From the human T2T-CHM13v2.0 reference genome, Homo sapiens: 64,000 bases of DNA. The position numbers and the translations under genes were made by a program. Numbering within the stretch: position 1 is the stretch's first letter; every line of letters begins with the position of its first letter. Below, piece after piece: positions 13,084-26,366 of this stretch. Under the pieces are notes generated by a model. That model saw nothing but the letters and a program-made list of their open reading frames with translations, was not told the DNA's origin and made no database searches. The stretch lies in the NCBI RefSeq assembly GCF_009914755.1, contig NC_060936.1; one strand, written 5' to 3'.

Positions 13084-15574
13084 GTCTATGTGCACCATGT
13101 GTAGGGCATATGAGTTTTTAGGACTTTCTGAAAATTACTGCGACCTCCTTTCCCTTCCCTCTAAAAACTACTAGTCATAAAATACAAAAAGGAAACTGCA
13201 AAATGGAATATAATACATGTCTAATTAAATGTCTCCAAAGCAAAACATTATGTCAGTAAACTGCATCTCAATATTTGTGTTTTTATGTTAATTATATTGA
13301 CTGTGGCATGTGGATACATTTTAATGTTTAATAGTGGAGAGGATTATCAAATACAAGTATACTTAAGGCCCATGAAATTCTCAAAATAGCCCTGTAATCA
13401 ACACTATTGCTTTGTCATGAAACAATACATTTTTTTTAACTTTTAATTCTTCTGTTTTCAGAAGACTATTACAAAGGCTAATTACAATGAGAGCAAAAAA
13501 ACTAAAATATAAGGCCAGATTATCAGGTTTTTTTGTGTGTGAATATAAAGAAAGTCAGTACATCCATAAATGGTTCTTTAGATTAAAGGAGGATGTTTTT
13601 AACTGGTTTTAATCAAATGATTTATATCGTTGTTTAAAAAGCATTATTTGTCATGTTAGTTATATATATATGTACATGTAACTCCTCCCATATTCTTACT
13701 TGAATATCACTTCATTAAATCCCTACTTAAATGCTTCATTAAATGACTTCTATACTGTCATCTCTGTGCGTGGCTTCCAGGGATAGATTTATAATTACAT
13801 AGATTACTCTTACAAGGAAAGAATAATAACAGAGAAGTTGGTTCACAATTGGATGGTGACATCCAATTTTTAAAATGAGGACATTTGAAAAAAGTAGAAG
13901 GACTATTTTTTTTAGCTTTTAAGATGATTGTAGATTCACCTGTAGTTATAAAAAATAATACAGAGACATTTTAGTTGAATGTCATAATTCAACATTCATG
14001 TTAGCATCCCTAAAGTACTTGTTTTGTGATGAACTCAAGAAAGCTGACACCTACAAAGGGAAATCAGGATTCAATTGACTATTGGTATATTTATAAAATA
14101 AACTGAAACCAATCTGCAAGAGCCTTCAATGCAAAGATAATTTTTAAAAGACACCTCAATTTGTGTGACAAGGTTAGGTACTGTTACAGAGATAAGGACT
14201 TTTTGTTCCTCATGAATAAAACACTATGCTTTCAGCCACAATAAACAATTTGCAAGAATGGGAAAGCACAAATACAGACAGGCAAATTCATCTTGATAAT
14301 AACAGATACTTTTATCAACAAGGCATTTTGCTACATATTAAATCCATGTCTGAAATTCAAGGTCTACCAATAGAAACCCATTATAAGTGTATTACAAAAT
14401 AAAGTCCTTGTTAAAGACATCACTTATGATTTTTTCTTAGTTGCCTTAGTGCTAGAAACCAGTGGAAAGTTTTTGTTATATACTGGCAGTGAGGAAATCT
14501 TTAGGATTTATTTTCAGAACCTCCTCTCCGGCTTTCTCTGGTCTGCATCCATCATTAAGTTGCAGTCAGTCGGTGCCCTCCTATATTGACTGCAAGAGTG
14601 ACCACAGCAGCCTGACTCTCCTACTCAACTGGATGGCAGTCTTCGTGAATGTTTTTACTTAGCTTTTCTGTTTTTCACCTCTGTCAAATTCAAGCATTTC
14701 TGTAGTGCTTGCTGTCAAGCTGAATACCAGTCTGTTTTCTTATCAGTTGAGAACATTCAGGGCTTTGTTTGCCTAAAGGAGTAAGAAAGGTTACTGGTTT
14801 CCCCTTGAATATGCTTTTGTCAAAATGGTCAGTTATCAAAATTTTGCTTATTTAATGTTACATGTAAATTTTCTCCTGGGGGTGATGCCACATAGTTCTA
14901 AATTAAGTTTGATATTCTTTTCTCAGGAACTATGTCCTTTTGAGAGATATTTAGGAGACAAAATTGACAGGGTTTAGTGACCATTTGGGTGTGAGAGAGA
15001 CTGGGTGTCTCCTGGTTGTGTCTCACTTGGTTCGCTAGATAAGTGGTTTACCCACTATCCCAAATCAGCAATTTAGGGAAAGTTATAGTTCAAGAAAAGG
15101 TTTGAACATACTGATTTAACTTACCTTTTCTTGGCAAATTTCCAATGTAATGACCAAAAGAATCTATAAATGGGGGGAGGGGGAGCGGGAGCTGCTCATT
15201 ACAAATGTAGCAAAAAGAAAAAAATTGTCATTCCATCTGAATGAGATTAGATTGGAAGAAGTGAGATCCTGAGGCCAGCCATCAAGGGGCAAATCTTTAT
15301 CTTACTGGGACCTTCAAGAGGTTTGAAATTTGAGAAATTTCCAATAGACCCATTCCAGCTACCAGAAATGGACAAAGATCTTTCTCTGTAGAATAAGCTA
15401 ATATAAAGTTTTGAAATATATTATTCAATTTGGCAGTTCAGATAAGAATGACAAGTCAGAGGTATCAAAATAAAGGGCCTCAGTGAAGCAGGTTTACATT
15501 AAAAACATAAGAGCCTCTTAGAGGGTCTCTAAATTCCTGTCATCAAAGTGCTTCACCAGAACACTCTGAGGTGG

Positions 15575-15933
15575 AAGTAGTATTAATGTCATTCAGAAAG
15601 TTTGCTTGGCCCTTTGTTTTAGAGAACCACAGTAGGATTGCACTTTCCTGCCTTCCTTGAAGCTGAAGTCCTGCATGCCTCTTATTTGTCAATGAATGTA
15701 TGTGAATGTGATGTATGGCATTTTTGAGCCAAAGCTCTAAGACTCAGTGCTTTTCCCTTTCTCTGACTTAGAAATTGTGGAAATGTAGATCCCTAAGTGA
15801 CGAAAGAGAGACAAACCTCCCTCCTCACCTGCGCTGGATAGGTTCAATGAGTGAGAAGTAAACTTTGTTGTCTTAATTCAGTGAGACTTAGAAGGTATTT
15901 ATTCCCAAAGTATAACCTAACTTAGCTGATACA
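15575..15933 (+). mobile_element. MLT1-type (MaLR) LTR, old
   Basis: aggattgcactttcctgccttccttgaag...tgagtgagaagtaaactttgttgtctt...tataacctaacttagctgataca. 5' boundary approximate. Confidence 0.65.
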
Positions 15934-16179
15934 AAATATGTCTGTGCAAAGAAATAGGTAAGTAGAAATAGGAACATTATAATGTCGGGAAAAGATTACT
16001 AAGAGATTAATAGGGTCTCTGAATGTATAACAGCAATGGAGGTAGTGTACAATTAATGAGCTAATAATTTAACTAGAAGCTATAAATATTTCCCCAGAAA
16101 TTGATGCAAAATACTAAAAACATGAAAATGGTGACTGAATAAAAGATTGGAGGATAGATTGGGAACTCACATGCATAAT

Positions 16180-16410
16180 TATAAGTAATTACACTTGTAA
16201 TTATATATATGTTTGTATAGTTCCACATACTATATATGCTCATAATTATATATGTGTATATAATTATATGTCATTTATATATATAGTATACATATGATAG
16301 TTTTATTTATGTATAAATATGCATATATAATTACATACTGTATATTTGTGCATGTAGTTTTATATAGCATATATGCTATATATAATTTTATTTGTGTATA
16401 TGTAAATGTT
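16180..16410. repeat. (TA)-rich low-complexity tract
   Basis: Degenerate TATA/TGTA alternations over about 230 nt. Confidence 0.8.
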
Positions 16411-17374
16411 AATAAGAACAGAATTTTCTGAAAAAGAGCATAGAGTAGATAAAGAATTATCCAGAGATAGAGAAAATTTCCAAAATAGGATGATCTTCAT
16501 TCATCATAATGAAGGCAAAATCAATGAAAATGGTTTGTTTCTAAGCTGTTTTCATGTAAAGACCAGCTTTTAGTTGTGTACTAAAGAATCATTCTTGCTA
16601 TTTTGTGCAGCAACAAGATTTTCTAAAGAGTGTTCTATAACCTACAGACTCTACCAGTGGGGTTGGGAGCTCTACTCTACACAGCTAGGAATAATTCCCA
16701 ACCACCCAGAATTCCCTTGGGCTCAGCAGCTTTTACAGTTCAGGAGCTGTGCCACCATCACCCACAAGGAACCCAGCAGAGTGTGCATCACATTTATTAG
16801 AAGATGATTCTCCTGGGCCTAGCTGCTTCCCATTATGCTTACCTCTGAATTCCATTCTCTTGAGATTGCATCTGATGAGTGGAAACTGAGTCCTGTGCTA
16901 AACGAAAGTTAGAAGATCAGTGAATTTCTGGCTTCTGCCTTGCTTGAGAATGTGGGATCCTTGTTCTGGCTGATTACCAATTGTATTCATAGGGAAGATG
17001 ATCACAGATGTTGAGTGGCCTCTCATAAAGAATGTTGACAATACATGGTGACATTTTTAGTACTTCAAACAAAGTGAAAAGTTACTAGATGCTTCCAGAT
17101 GAGAGCATAAAAAAGCAGATTGGTTATCATTAAAGGAAAATAAAGGAATTTAAAATGCTAGAACACAGTAGAGTTATATCTATAGCGTTATGAGAAGAAA
17201 CTATTGAATCATTTATTCTATTAGAAACATTTTCCGTGAATGGATTTATTCAGCTTTTCCAAAGAACTGGAAGCTGGAGAGTACATGAAGATACTTGATA
17301 TCTGAGAGGAAATATAGAGGGACTAGAAACAAACTTTACATGGTTTACAGCATTCATAGGCTCTAGTGGAAGGG

Positions 17375-17407
<33 letters not shown>

Positions 17408-17412
17408 TGTGT
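17375..17412. repeat. (GT)n microsatellite
   Basis: About 18 GT units with one AT interruption. Confidence 0.95.
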
Positions 17413-17439
17413 TTAATCTACTTACAGGGTAAGGGATAA

Positions 17440-17640
17440 AAGTAGCATTTGTTCAAACATCTTCTGTCTGCCTGGCACTATACTTTGCTTTTATGTCTGT
17501 CACTCTGTTACCTCTGAGTGTACATCTGTGAAGTAAACGTTATAAATCTTCCTATCTTATAGATGAGCATACTGAGACTCAAAGTCAATACTCTTCTCTG
17601 TATTTACCACTGGTAAAGCAGGGGTTAAGGCTTAATGTAG
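17440..17640 (-). mobile_element. MIR fragment
   Basis: agcatttgttcaaaca...gcctggcacta...cctatcttatagatgagcatactgagactcaaag. Confidence 0.55.
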
Positions 17641-18539
17641 TATGATACTGTTTTTACTTTGTCACATTGGCTCCCTTATATTTTACACCTGACTGATGGC
17701 TTACATGCTATGATTCTTGACTTTATTGATAGAGAAAACAATTTACAGAGTAACAGATTGTGGAATGTGTAAATAAATGCTCAGTAGTGAGGGCTTTCCA
17801 ATATTATTAAATTATACTTTTATAATAAATTTTGTAAAGTAGACAGAGTCATTGGAGAACTCCAACTTTGTATTCTCAAAGAGATATTAACATTTTTAGA
17901 AGTATCATCATGATTTAGTCTCTGATGTGGGTCACGCATGCAGCTGAGACGTGTGCACTTTCCTTTTTTCTAGGCCTAAGGGTGGAAACTATCACTGTTC
18001 CCCAAAGGTAGTAAAAATAGCAAAACTCTACCATACCAACTGGTTCTAATTTCTTCCCTAATTTCTAGAGAGCAGAGTGAATATATGAGAAAGAATCATT
18101 ATCTTTTAATTTTTATATTCAAATCACAGAATATTATGTAATCAATATATTGAAAACATAAAATTTAGAAACGCTAACTTCTTTATACATTCTACTGGAA
18201 GTCACATAAAATTTAAATTCTTAAATGAGAAAAAAAACAGAATCAAATTGTTTTCACAAATCAGATTGTGTGTGCTTACGTGTGTGTATCTTGGGGATGT
18301 GTGTATATATTTCCAGCGCCCTCTGGACCATACATTTTCTTCCTTAACACTTCCAAACTTACCAAAACCACGCGAAAGTCACTGGATTTTTCAATTATAA
18401 GTTATATTTTACTTCCAATTTACAATCACAAGGCTCTTATTTCAACCATGCTGTAATGGACCATAGGGTCTTCAGAGCAAAGTGGGGTGGCAGATGAGGT
18501 TGAAGGTGGGCGTCTTTCAACCCTGTGCCTTTCCGGTAT

Positions 18540-18680
18540 TAACATGCAAGTGAACACCTGGGGAATGTTGTTAAAATGCATGCTATGATTTAGTAGATTG
18601 GGGTAGTACTTGTGATTTTACGCTTCTAGGAAATCCCAGGAGAAGCTTAGAACGTTGATTCTTGGACCACCACTTCAGGC
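18540..18680. mobile_element. MER5-type MITE fragment
   Basis: cacctggggaatgttgttaaaatgcatg...gatttagtagattgggg...cttggaccaccactt. Confidence 0.6.
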
Positions 18681-21600
18681 AAGTTCTATCCTGCCATTTC
18701 TCTTTCACCCATTGCAATTCCTTCTCCTTATCCAAACATTACACCTTGAACCTAAGTGGTAATTTACTACATGTGAATATAACAGTTGACATTGCCGATA
18801 CACATACCCTCTCTTTTAATTTTTCCCACTACACATAATTATATAATCTTCCTAGATATGGGTTTAACTCTGCCCTTAGCAGCCCCCGAACAGTTTGAGG
18901 CCGTGAAAGAATAGTCTTAAACTGTCATGGGGCATCAAGGAATTTCTCAGAGGGACTTTTTAAAAAATTATATTGTCAGCGTAGTTTTTTCTTCTTATTG
19001 CTACACTTTTTCTTTACCGCTCTACTCTTTTCCTTTAAAATTCAGAAGCCATTTTCAGTGTCTTGACAGAGAAGTTTTCATCTAAGAAGGCTTAATGGTC
19101 ATAAACAATTTATTGTAGAAGTTTCATTGCAAGGATCTTTTCTGCTCCATTGTTTTTACATATGTATGACTCTGGTTTCACTATTTTAAGATCTTCTGTA
19201 CATTTTTATGTCTTTGATTATTTCAGTTCTACTTCTGTTCCTACTGTATAACATATCAACTAGAATTAAAATTTAGTACTGCTTTGAGTAACTTAAAACT
19301 AAGCATCAGAGCCTGGCAAGAATCCAGGAGAACCCAGCTAATTTCCTCTGTTTTTATGTTACATGAACAACAATCTCTCTCCAGTTAAAAAAAAATGCTC
19401 ATAAGCTATTCTTGAAAATAATTACCAAGACTTTACTGAAATATTATCTTTTGTATGTATCCGTGGTTTTTATATTAATTTTTAATTCAAATTGACAATT
19501 CACAACTATCAATAATTGTAGTTAGAGAGTTTTACTTCTAAATGCCACTAGTTTTTATTATTTATATTTCTAAAGAAGAAATTTTAAATTTAGCAGTTTT
19601 ATAATTCTCACAGAATACATAAAAATGTGGTTAATCGTAAGTGGTTCTTTTAATCAGATTCGCTTCAAACATTTCATAGGGTATATTAAGTTATTCTATT
19701 ACATTATTGATTCCCAACTTTCTCTTTACATCTTTCTTTATAAGACTGTTGGGCCATAAACATGTGTTCCAAAATATACTTTTCTAAAATAACACCAGGG
19801 AGTGGAATTAGATATAAGAAATATATATATTTAACAGATGCAAATTTTATAGTCCCATGTACAAAAATGGAATTCCGCAGTACGCAAATGATGAAATTTG
19901 TTTATGAGTTTTGTTATTGTCTGTTTGCTTTCGATCTGAGAGTATATTTTCACTGATGGTAAAAAAACAAAACCAACCAACAAAACAAAAAACCCTGAAT
20001 CTAAAGACTTAAAATATAATCAACTCACTCCAGTGATTTCTTGGGAATTCAGGGTTTACTTCCTAGTCCAGTTCACAAATACTGTGTGGACTTTTTTCTT
20101 CTTCCTTACCCTTCCTGGCCCTGAGAGACCAGAGGTAATGTGAAGAGTGGGAGGTCCCAACAGCTATGATAGGTAGGAGTTGGTAATGAGAAAGGAGCCT
20201 CCGTCTGAGTCTCCAGTTGTTGTCTATTGTTGGCATAGGGATTAAATATTTAATGCTCCAGATATGTGACATAACAATGTTGACTCCTAGGGTGGCATGT
20301 TAAACGGAGCAAGTTGCCCATCTGGATCCATTGTGGGTTCCTGGTATGAATGATTTTTCCTTCTCACTACCTCACTCCTGGCTTTGTAAAGTGTGTTTTG
20401 GTCAGAATGCAAAGTTGTTTACATCTGGCCAGCAAGATTTCTTGCAGAGCCACTGCTTTCCTCTTCACTCACCTTCAAAGCCTTCTCTTAATACTTGGAC
20501 ACTTGGGAAAAGTTTCCACTATATCTAATTGTGAGCTTTTAAAAATGAGATATTTCAGGAAGTAAGAAAGTGGGTATCTGGCACTGTTTTTGCATTATCC
20601 TCGTTTTTAAAATGTGGTTAATAATAATAATTGCTTCATGGTGGTATTGTAACTGGTAAATGAAATAATCTATTCCTGGATAGAGGATTTAGAAATTTTC
20701 TGTCCCAAAAAAGAAATAGGGAAGGAAGAAGGGATACGAGTATGCAGGAAGTGTTATTTTATTGTCTGCTTTAATAGTCTCGGGAACCTGAGTCCTGCGA
20801 TCAGTCCCTAACAACGTTATGGTTGAAGTTCTTGACAATATTTAGTAGAATCTCTAAGCAACTGGCAGAATACTGCTAAATTCTTTACTTTTCAAATATT
20901 GATTAATGATTCAATCATCCCTACAGTTAAGATTTATTAAGTGCTCCCAGGATGCTGTGTGCAGAGCCGTGTATGAAATACAGCAAACACTGTAAAATGG
21001 GCATTGGACACTTCCTCATGAGTTATTCTCCTTTGTCTAGAGAATAAAATGAGGATATAAATGAGCATTCCGTGGGTACAACTGACGTATTCTTTTCCCT
21101 ACAGTTTTCCATGTTCTGCCATAAACACATGCTGATTAGTAGTTTATAAAGACTGTTTAATATTAGAAGCAAGGTCCTAGAGGGAAAATTAATTTGTGTA
21201 GTTATATGACATATATAGTAAATCCTAGTGGGGTTTTTTTCCCACCTCATCAGAATTTCATCAATTCTACTTCTAGCTTAAGAAATTAAGTTTTCTAACC
21301 TAGATATTTCCTTTGAGAACTAAAGCACTGAATAATACGAAGACTTTAAAAACTAATAACCATTTTGGGGGGCAGTAAAACCTTTTAAAAATTAAGTTTA
21401 TTATTATTTTCAAGGCATTTTATCTGATGGATTCCCCAGTTTCTCTTTTGATCCTTATCTACCTCATTATTAAATGTCCATAAAGATGAATATTAATAGT
21501 AGCTATATTTTCCATGTTGGGCATCTATCTATTGGTTGATCTCACTTCAAAGTAACTGACTTCTTTGTAGTATTAAGTTACTCCAATTTCCTACCTGCAT

Positions 21601-23434
21601 GCCTTTTATTTTCCTCGGGAGAAAACCTTTCCAGGGCATGACCTAATGAATTCTGGTTCAGATTTCCAAATGAATCTGTACCAAATTGATTCTATAATTT
21701 GGTGGAGGGAACCTTTATTAAATACCCTAGTGAGGGAATTTTTACTGTTTCCTACCAAACTAAAGTACTTCTCTTGACATTGAAATTGAGCTTTAACATT
21801 TATGAGAATATAAATTGCAACAGCACGTTGTAACATGTCATGGGTCCAGTAGAGCCTTAGGTCAAGGGTTTTTACTTTCTTTATAACCTCTATTAAAAAT
21901 AGCAGTGTTTTTAATTATTTTTCATTGAAAAATTAGAAAAATATGTCCTACACTCCAGAGAGATGTTATCTTCAGTTATTTCCATAATTTATATGGTTGC
22001 ATGGGGTATGTTTTTATAGTTTGTATTTGGCTTGACCAAAGTACAAATTCACTTTTATAGATATGGCTAGTTAACCTTCTCTTTTAAAACTTGAATATGT
22101 TTTTCTAATTGAGAAAGTTAATTTTTGTGTTCTCTTCATCCTTTTCCTGTCATCTTCTTGTCTCAATAGCTTCTTTACATCACAGCTTCAAGAGAACACC
22201 ACTCCATTTTAACTGCAGGACCCCCAGCCATTTACCATTATTGTCACATCATAGATATGCTATATACATCATCTGAAATTGAATTTGGCATTTTCCTGTA
22301 GCATTTTTTCTGTACCCTTCAAATATTGTCACCAGATTCCAGCTCAACCTCCGCAAGCTTCTTAGATCTTATTACCTGCCATCTTAGAAGGTCTTCTGAA
22401 GCAGCACGATATGATCAAAAAATATATTGTATATTAAAGAACGACTGGCTGGACTTCCTTAGAACCCTGCTTCTGGTAATGAGTTGGGTGAACCTAGGTC
22501 TTTTCTGTGAATCACAGGAATAGGCAGTGAACAAATCTGTCTGTAAATTTCAGTGCACATCTTATTTGTACAAGTCAGTTGCGCTACTAACAGGATTTGG
22601 CTGTGAGCAAGAGAAACTGACTGTAGCTATTTGAAGGCTATGGGAGCTACAGAATTCACTGTAAGCTGGAAGGCTTAAATCGGCAGGAAACAAGGTAGCC
22701 TCAGTGGCCCAGAAGTGAGATATACAAAAGCAGTTCTTTACAGGAAGAGTCTGGCTAGTAAATAGTCCCATTGCTTCTACCATTGCGAATGAATTCTGGC
22801 CTTGCTTTCATCTTTCTGTCACTTAGGAATGAAAGTCCTAAGTAACGAGAACATCCATTTAGCTGAGGTTAAGTCATGTGCTATAACCCTGGTGTCCAAA
22901 GTCCAAGGGGACACATAATCTGGACTTTTTATTTTTTCTGTTAACTACACAGGAAAACATGGAAAGTTCCCTCCATACTGGAAAGAAAGTGTCTTTCTAG
23001 ACAGATGTGGAATTTTGAAAGTCCTGCAGATCTTTACTGTTTTTATAAAACGAAAGCAATAATTACTAATTTTGACAATTTATTTTTAAAATTGAGATTT
23101 TTCTGGGGTATCATGTTGATGCTGGAGAACCCCACCACTATAATATATTACCTAGTTTTGCATGGAAAAGTAGGATAACTTTTCTAATTCCTAATATGTA
23201 AATGTGAAATAACACCCACTGAATAGGATTATGTTAAGATACTATTTATAATGCCTTAAATACATTAACAAGTGCAATGCAAACACTCAATTTTTAAGTC
23301 TTTTTCTGCTTGGGCAATTTATTGTTTGGTGTGACCAGAATTTTTTTAAAAATTAACATTATTTTACTGCACAGTGATCCTATTTGTAATTCTAAAATAT
23401 ATGATATAGTTTTATTTTATTTTTTCTTTTACAG

Positions 23435-23498
23435 ACAGGCTAGCCTCAATGAAGCAGCTGAGAAGTATTATGATCTGGCAGCCAGGCTGAGGCCTAAT
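23435..23498 (+). CDS. TMTC2: TMTC2 internal coding exon (probably exon 11, penultimate); 64 nt, phase 2 to phase 0
   Basis: Long polypyrimidine tract then acAG (AG 23433-23434); donor AAT|GTaagt (GT 23499-23500). Translates (R)QASLNEAAEKYYDLAARLRPN. The split codon AG+A=Arg matches the upstream exon. Lies within track ORF 23310..23669. Confidence 0.95.
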
Positions 23499-23579
23499 GT
23501 AAGTACTTCCCTAATGAGAAACATTTTCAGAGGGATAGACTCCAAGCATATGATAGGTGTAAGAAGCATCATGATACTG

Positions 23580-23615
23580 GTTTTTTGTTTTTTGTTTTGT
23601 TTTGTTTTGTTTTTT
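23580..23615. repeat. (TTTTG)n simple repeat
   Basis: tttttttgttttttgttttgttttgttttgtttttt. Confidence 0.85.
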
Positions 23616-24590
23616 CTTTCTCCCTTTCTCTCTCTGAGCTCTTATTTTGAATACCTACTAAACAGCTAATTCAACAGTAAAATCTGCCGGCCTCAAGCTT
23701 CTTTTTCTAGAGGTAGATTTGCTGTCTTCTAGCCTGTATAAAGCAACATAAGATTTTTATCACTTGAACACCGGCTTTGGCATCACTCTAAATACTTTGT
23801 ATTTGGATAACTTTTAAAATCAATTCCTTGAAGGGTTTTTTGGCTGTGGCATTAAATACCTATTATTGTTTGATTCTCATATATAGTCAGACCTCAAGCT
23901 GTATGCCTCTTTTCTATTCCACAGCCCTCATTTCTAATAACTGTGCTTTTCAACTTTATCAAGAATGTTTTTATTACAATTTTTCTCTGGGTAATCATGC
24001 TTCTATAAAGTAAGATGGATATAAATTAGATCTTTTCTATTGAAATAGAGTAACCATCTATAAGAAAATAAGAACTGGTTTTGCCTCGGTCTTCTAAGCA
24101 TGTTTTATTTGCAACACATCTCTGAACTCCAACACATTGCTTTTATTTTCATATACCTTCTGCATCTCTCACCAATGCTAAAATCTTCTACCCTGTTCTT
24201 CACATCAAGACCATCTATTGGGAAATGTAATTTTGTAACAGTAATGAAAGTGCACATGTGATGTGAGTGCAAATAATGGGATCAGTCTCATTTCTTTATA
24301 GTAACTCATCCATTGGGCAAGCATCTATAGAGTGCCTGCTTTGTGGTAGAATACAGAGATTTTGTATCTTAAAGGACCACACAGTGTAGCAGACAAGACT
24401 GAACACAATCAACTAATTGAAATACAGTGTAGTGATTCTTATACAGAGGTATATACAGTCTTCTGGGAGCACAAAGAGGAGGATTAATGTTCCCTGAAAG
24501 AGACCTATGTGGGAGGTAGCTATTTTTCTTTTCAGGAGATTCATCCACTTGCAACCTTAGCCCTGAATCTCAACGCCTCGAAGTTTTATT

Positions 24591-25035
24591 TGTAGGGGCA
24601 AAAAAACATATCTTTTTCTTAAGCATCCTAAGGCTCATGGCTGAGACCCCTAAAACAAAAGAGAGATTAACAATAGAAAAGCATACAAATGTATTTAATA
24701 TACATTTTACCTGATATGGGAGCCTTCAGAAATGATGACCCAGGAAAATATTTTTTATAGACATCATGCAGAAGTATGATTAGAAGACAAAAGGTTATGA
24801 TCTCATGGTAATCAGTTGGGAGGAACTTAGAAAGTCCTGTTTGTTCTTCTTCTCTTTTTCCCTGTGTATTCAGAGATAAAGTGTTAATGAGGGTCTTATT
24901 ACCTACCACAGGGGAGAAGGGAGGGAGAAAGTTATAAAATAACCCTCCTTCTTCTGCAGTTTTGTTTTTTTTTCAGCTTAAAATACTAAGTATTACAAGG
25001 AACCATACTTTGGGTGGCTATTCTGAATGCTGTCA
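24591..25035 (-). mobile_element. Solo ERV1 LTR, MER34/MER39-group
   Basis: TG...CA termini, flanks tatt/catt. aaaagagagattaacaatagaaaagcatacaaat and ccatactttgggtggctattctgaa. Reverse-complement relative of the LTR at 38787-39640. Confidence 0.75.
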
Positions 25036-25114
25036 CATTAATTATGAGATGTTTCAAGAATTGATAGGCAGTTTGCAACAGAAGAAAATAACTTAATAAT
25101 CATATGTTAAGAAC

Positions 25115-25290
25115 AATGACAGCTAAAATTTATTGAGCACTTATTATTATGTGCTAAGCACTGTGCTAAGTACTTCATTTCTCACAACAACCCACAGATA
25201 CCTTTGTGATCCCTATTCTGTGGAAGGGCTGAGAAGTTAATAACTCACCCACCATCCAAACTAAATGGAATCACACTGTAACCCAGGTCA
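25115..25290 (-). mobile_element. MIR fragment
   Basis: agctaaaatttattgagcactta...gcactgtgctaagtacttca...ctcacaacaaccc...ggctgagaagttaataactcaccc. Confidence 0.7.
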
Positions 25291-26308
25291 CTGAATACAT
25301 AAGAGAAAGCTTGGTGGAAAATATCTTAGAGAGGAAAGGCAAGCCAGAAATTTGGAAAACCTAAATAATGATAGTCATTTTATTTATTCAGTAATATTTA
25401 CAGAGTACCAGGTATTACTTTAGGCAGTGGCTATACAGCAGTGAACAAAATGGTTAGGAGCTACAATCTAGTCTGAGGAGAAGGAGCTAGTATGTCAGAC
25501 AGTGATAAGTGCTTTGGAGAAAGCTGGAGCAGCACAAGTGGGTTAAGAGTTACAGCAGGGAACGGGGTGGCATGCACTAGGCATGGTTTTGTAAATGCCC
25601 TAGTTGGGCAGCTTTGTGTAGTATTTCTAGGAAAAGGGTTGAATTTGAAGTCTTATTATTACAACTTCATTAAAGGCAGAGATCAGAGTTTTTCTTTTTT
25701 TTTTATTGCCTTCACATTAATAGAATGCTGTGAATATACATAATTCATGATAGTTAAATGCAATTGTTTTTTGAGTACTAGTCACTTGAGTATCATGTTG
25801 ATTTTTGGTCAAGTGGTTGGTCAAATGACCATCTTCAGCATATTACAATGGATTCTTGAGAGAAGAACTACCTGAGCTATCTGACCTGAACTAAAAAATG
25901 AAAGACACTTGGATACTACAAGACTTGAGTCTGATTTGTGAAATGGTTAATTTTAAAAGACTAACCAAATCATAAAATCAGTATTTAATCTCCAACTCAA
26001 AGCCCTTTTTTTCTGAACCCTCAAAATGTTTCTTCATAAAACCACTCCAGACTGCCTTTGAAAATATGTTTATTCAAATGATACTTTCCTTATCTGGCAA
26101 CAATACTTTTTAAATGGATGGGATAGAATAAAATGTTCATATTTAACAGTAAATAAATGATGTTACCATTGATGGATCAACAGATGTGGTTTTTTCCTAA
26201 TCTATTTTCAGAATTGTGTTTTGACTTACAGTATGTGGTCTAGGTGAGTAAAACACCACAGCACAGAGGAAACAGTGATAAAATACAACCATGGCAATAA
26301 TATAAATT

Positions 26309-26366
26309 TCTCCCATCTAAGTACTAACCAGCCCAACCCTGCTTAGCTTCCAAGATCAGACAAGAT
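26309..26366 (-). pseudogene. 5S rRNA retropseudogene fragment (about nt 32-90 of 5S), no poly(A) tail
   Basis: Reverse complement atcttgtctgatcttggaagctaagcagggttgggctggttagtacttagatgggaga versus 5S ATCTCGTCTGATCTCGGAAGCTAAGCAGGGTCGGGCCTGGTTAGTACTTGGATGGGAGA: 3 CpG transitions, 1 G>A, 1 deletion. 16-bp TSD a(a/g)taatataaatttct at 26296-26311 and 26367-26382. Confidence 0.93.

Larger units (their letters stand above)
12690..23434 (+). other. TMTC2: TMTC2 GT-AG intron, 10,745 nt
   Basis: Bounded by the donor and acceptor of the two exons, with compatible phase. No further TPR-like exon seen inside. Confidence 0.88.

Noticed and set aside
15990-17210. Possible ancient L1M ORF1 relic interrupted by a TA tract and an MLT1-like LTR (about 16574-17045)
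   Set aside because: Too diverged to set boundaries or family by eye.
23310-23434. N-terminal part of the 119-aa ORF 23310..23669 as a stand-alone gene
   Set aside because: Starts at a non-ATG codon and runs through the polypyrimidine tract; only 23435-23498 is supported exon.
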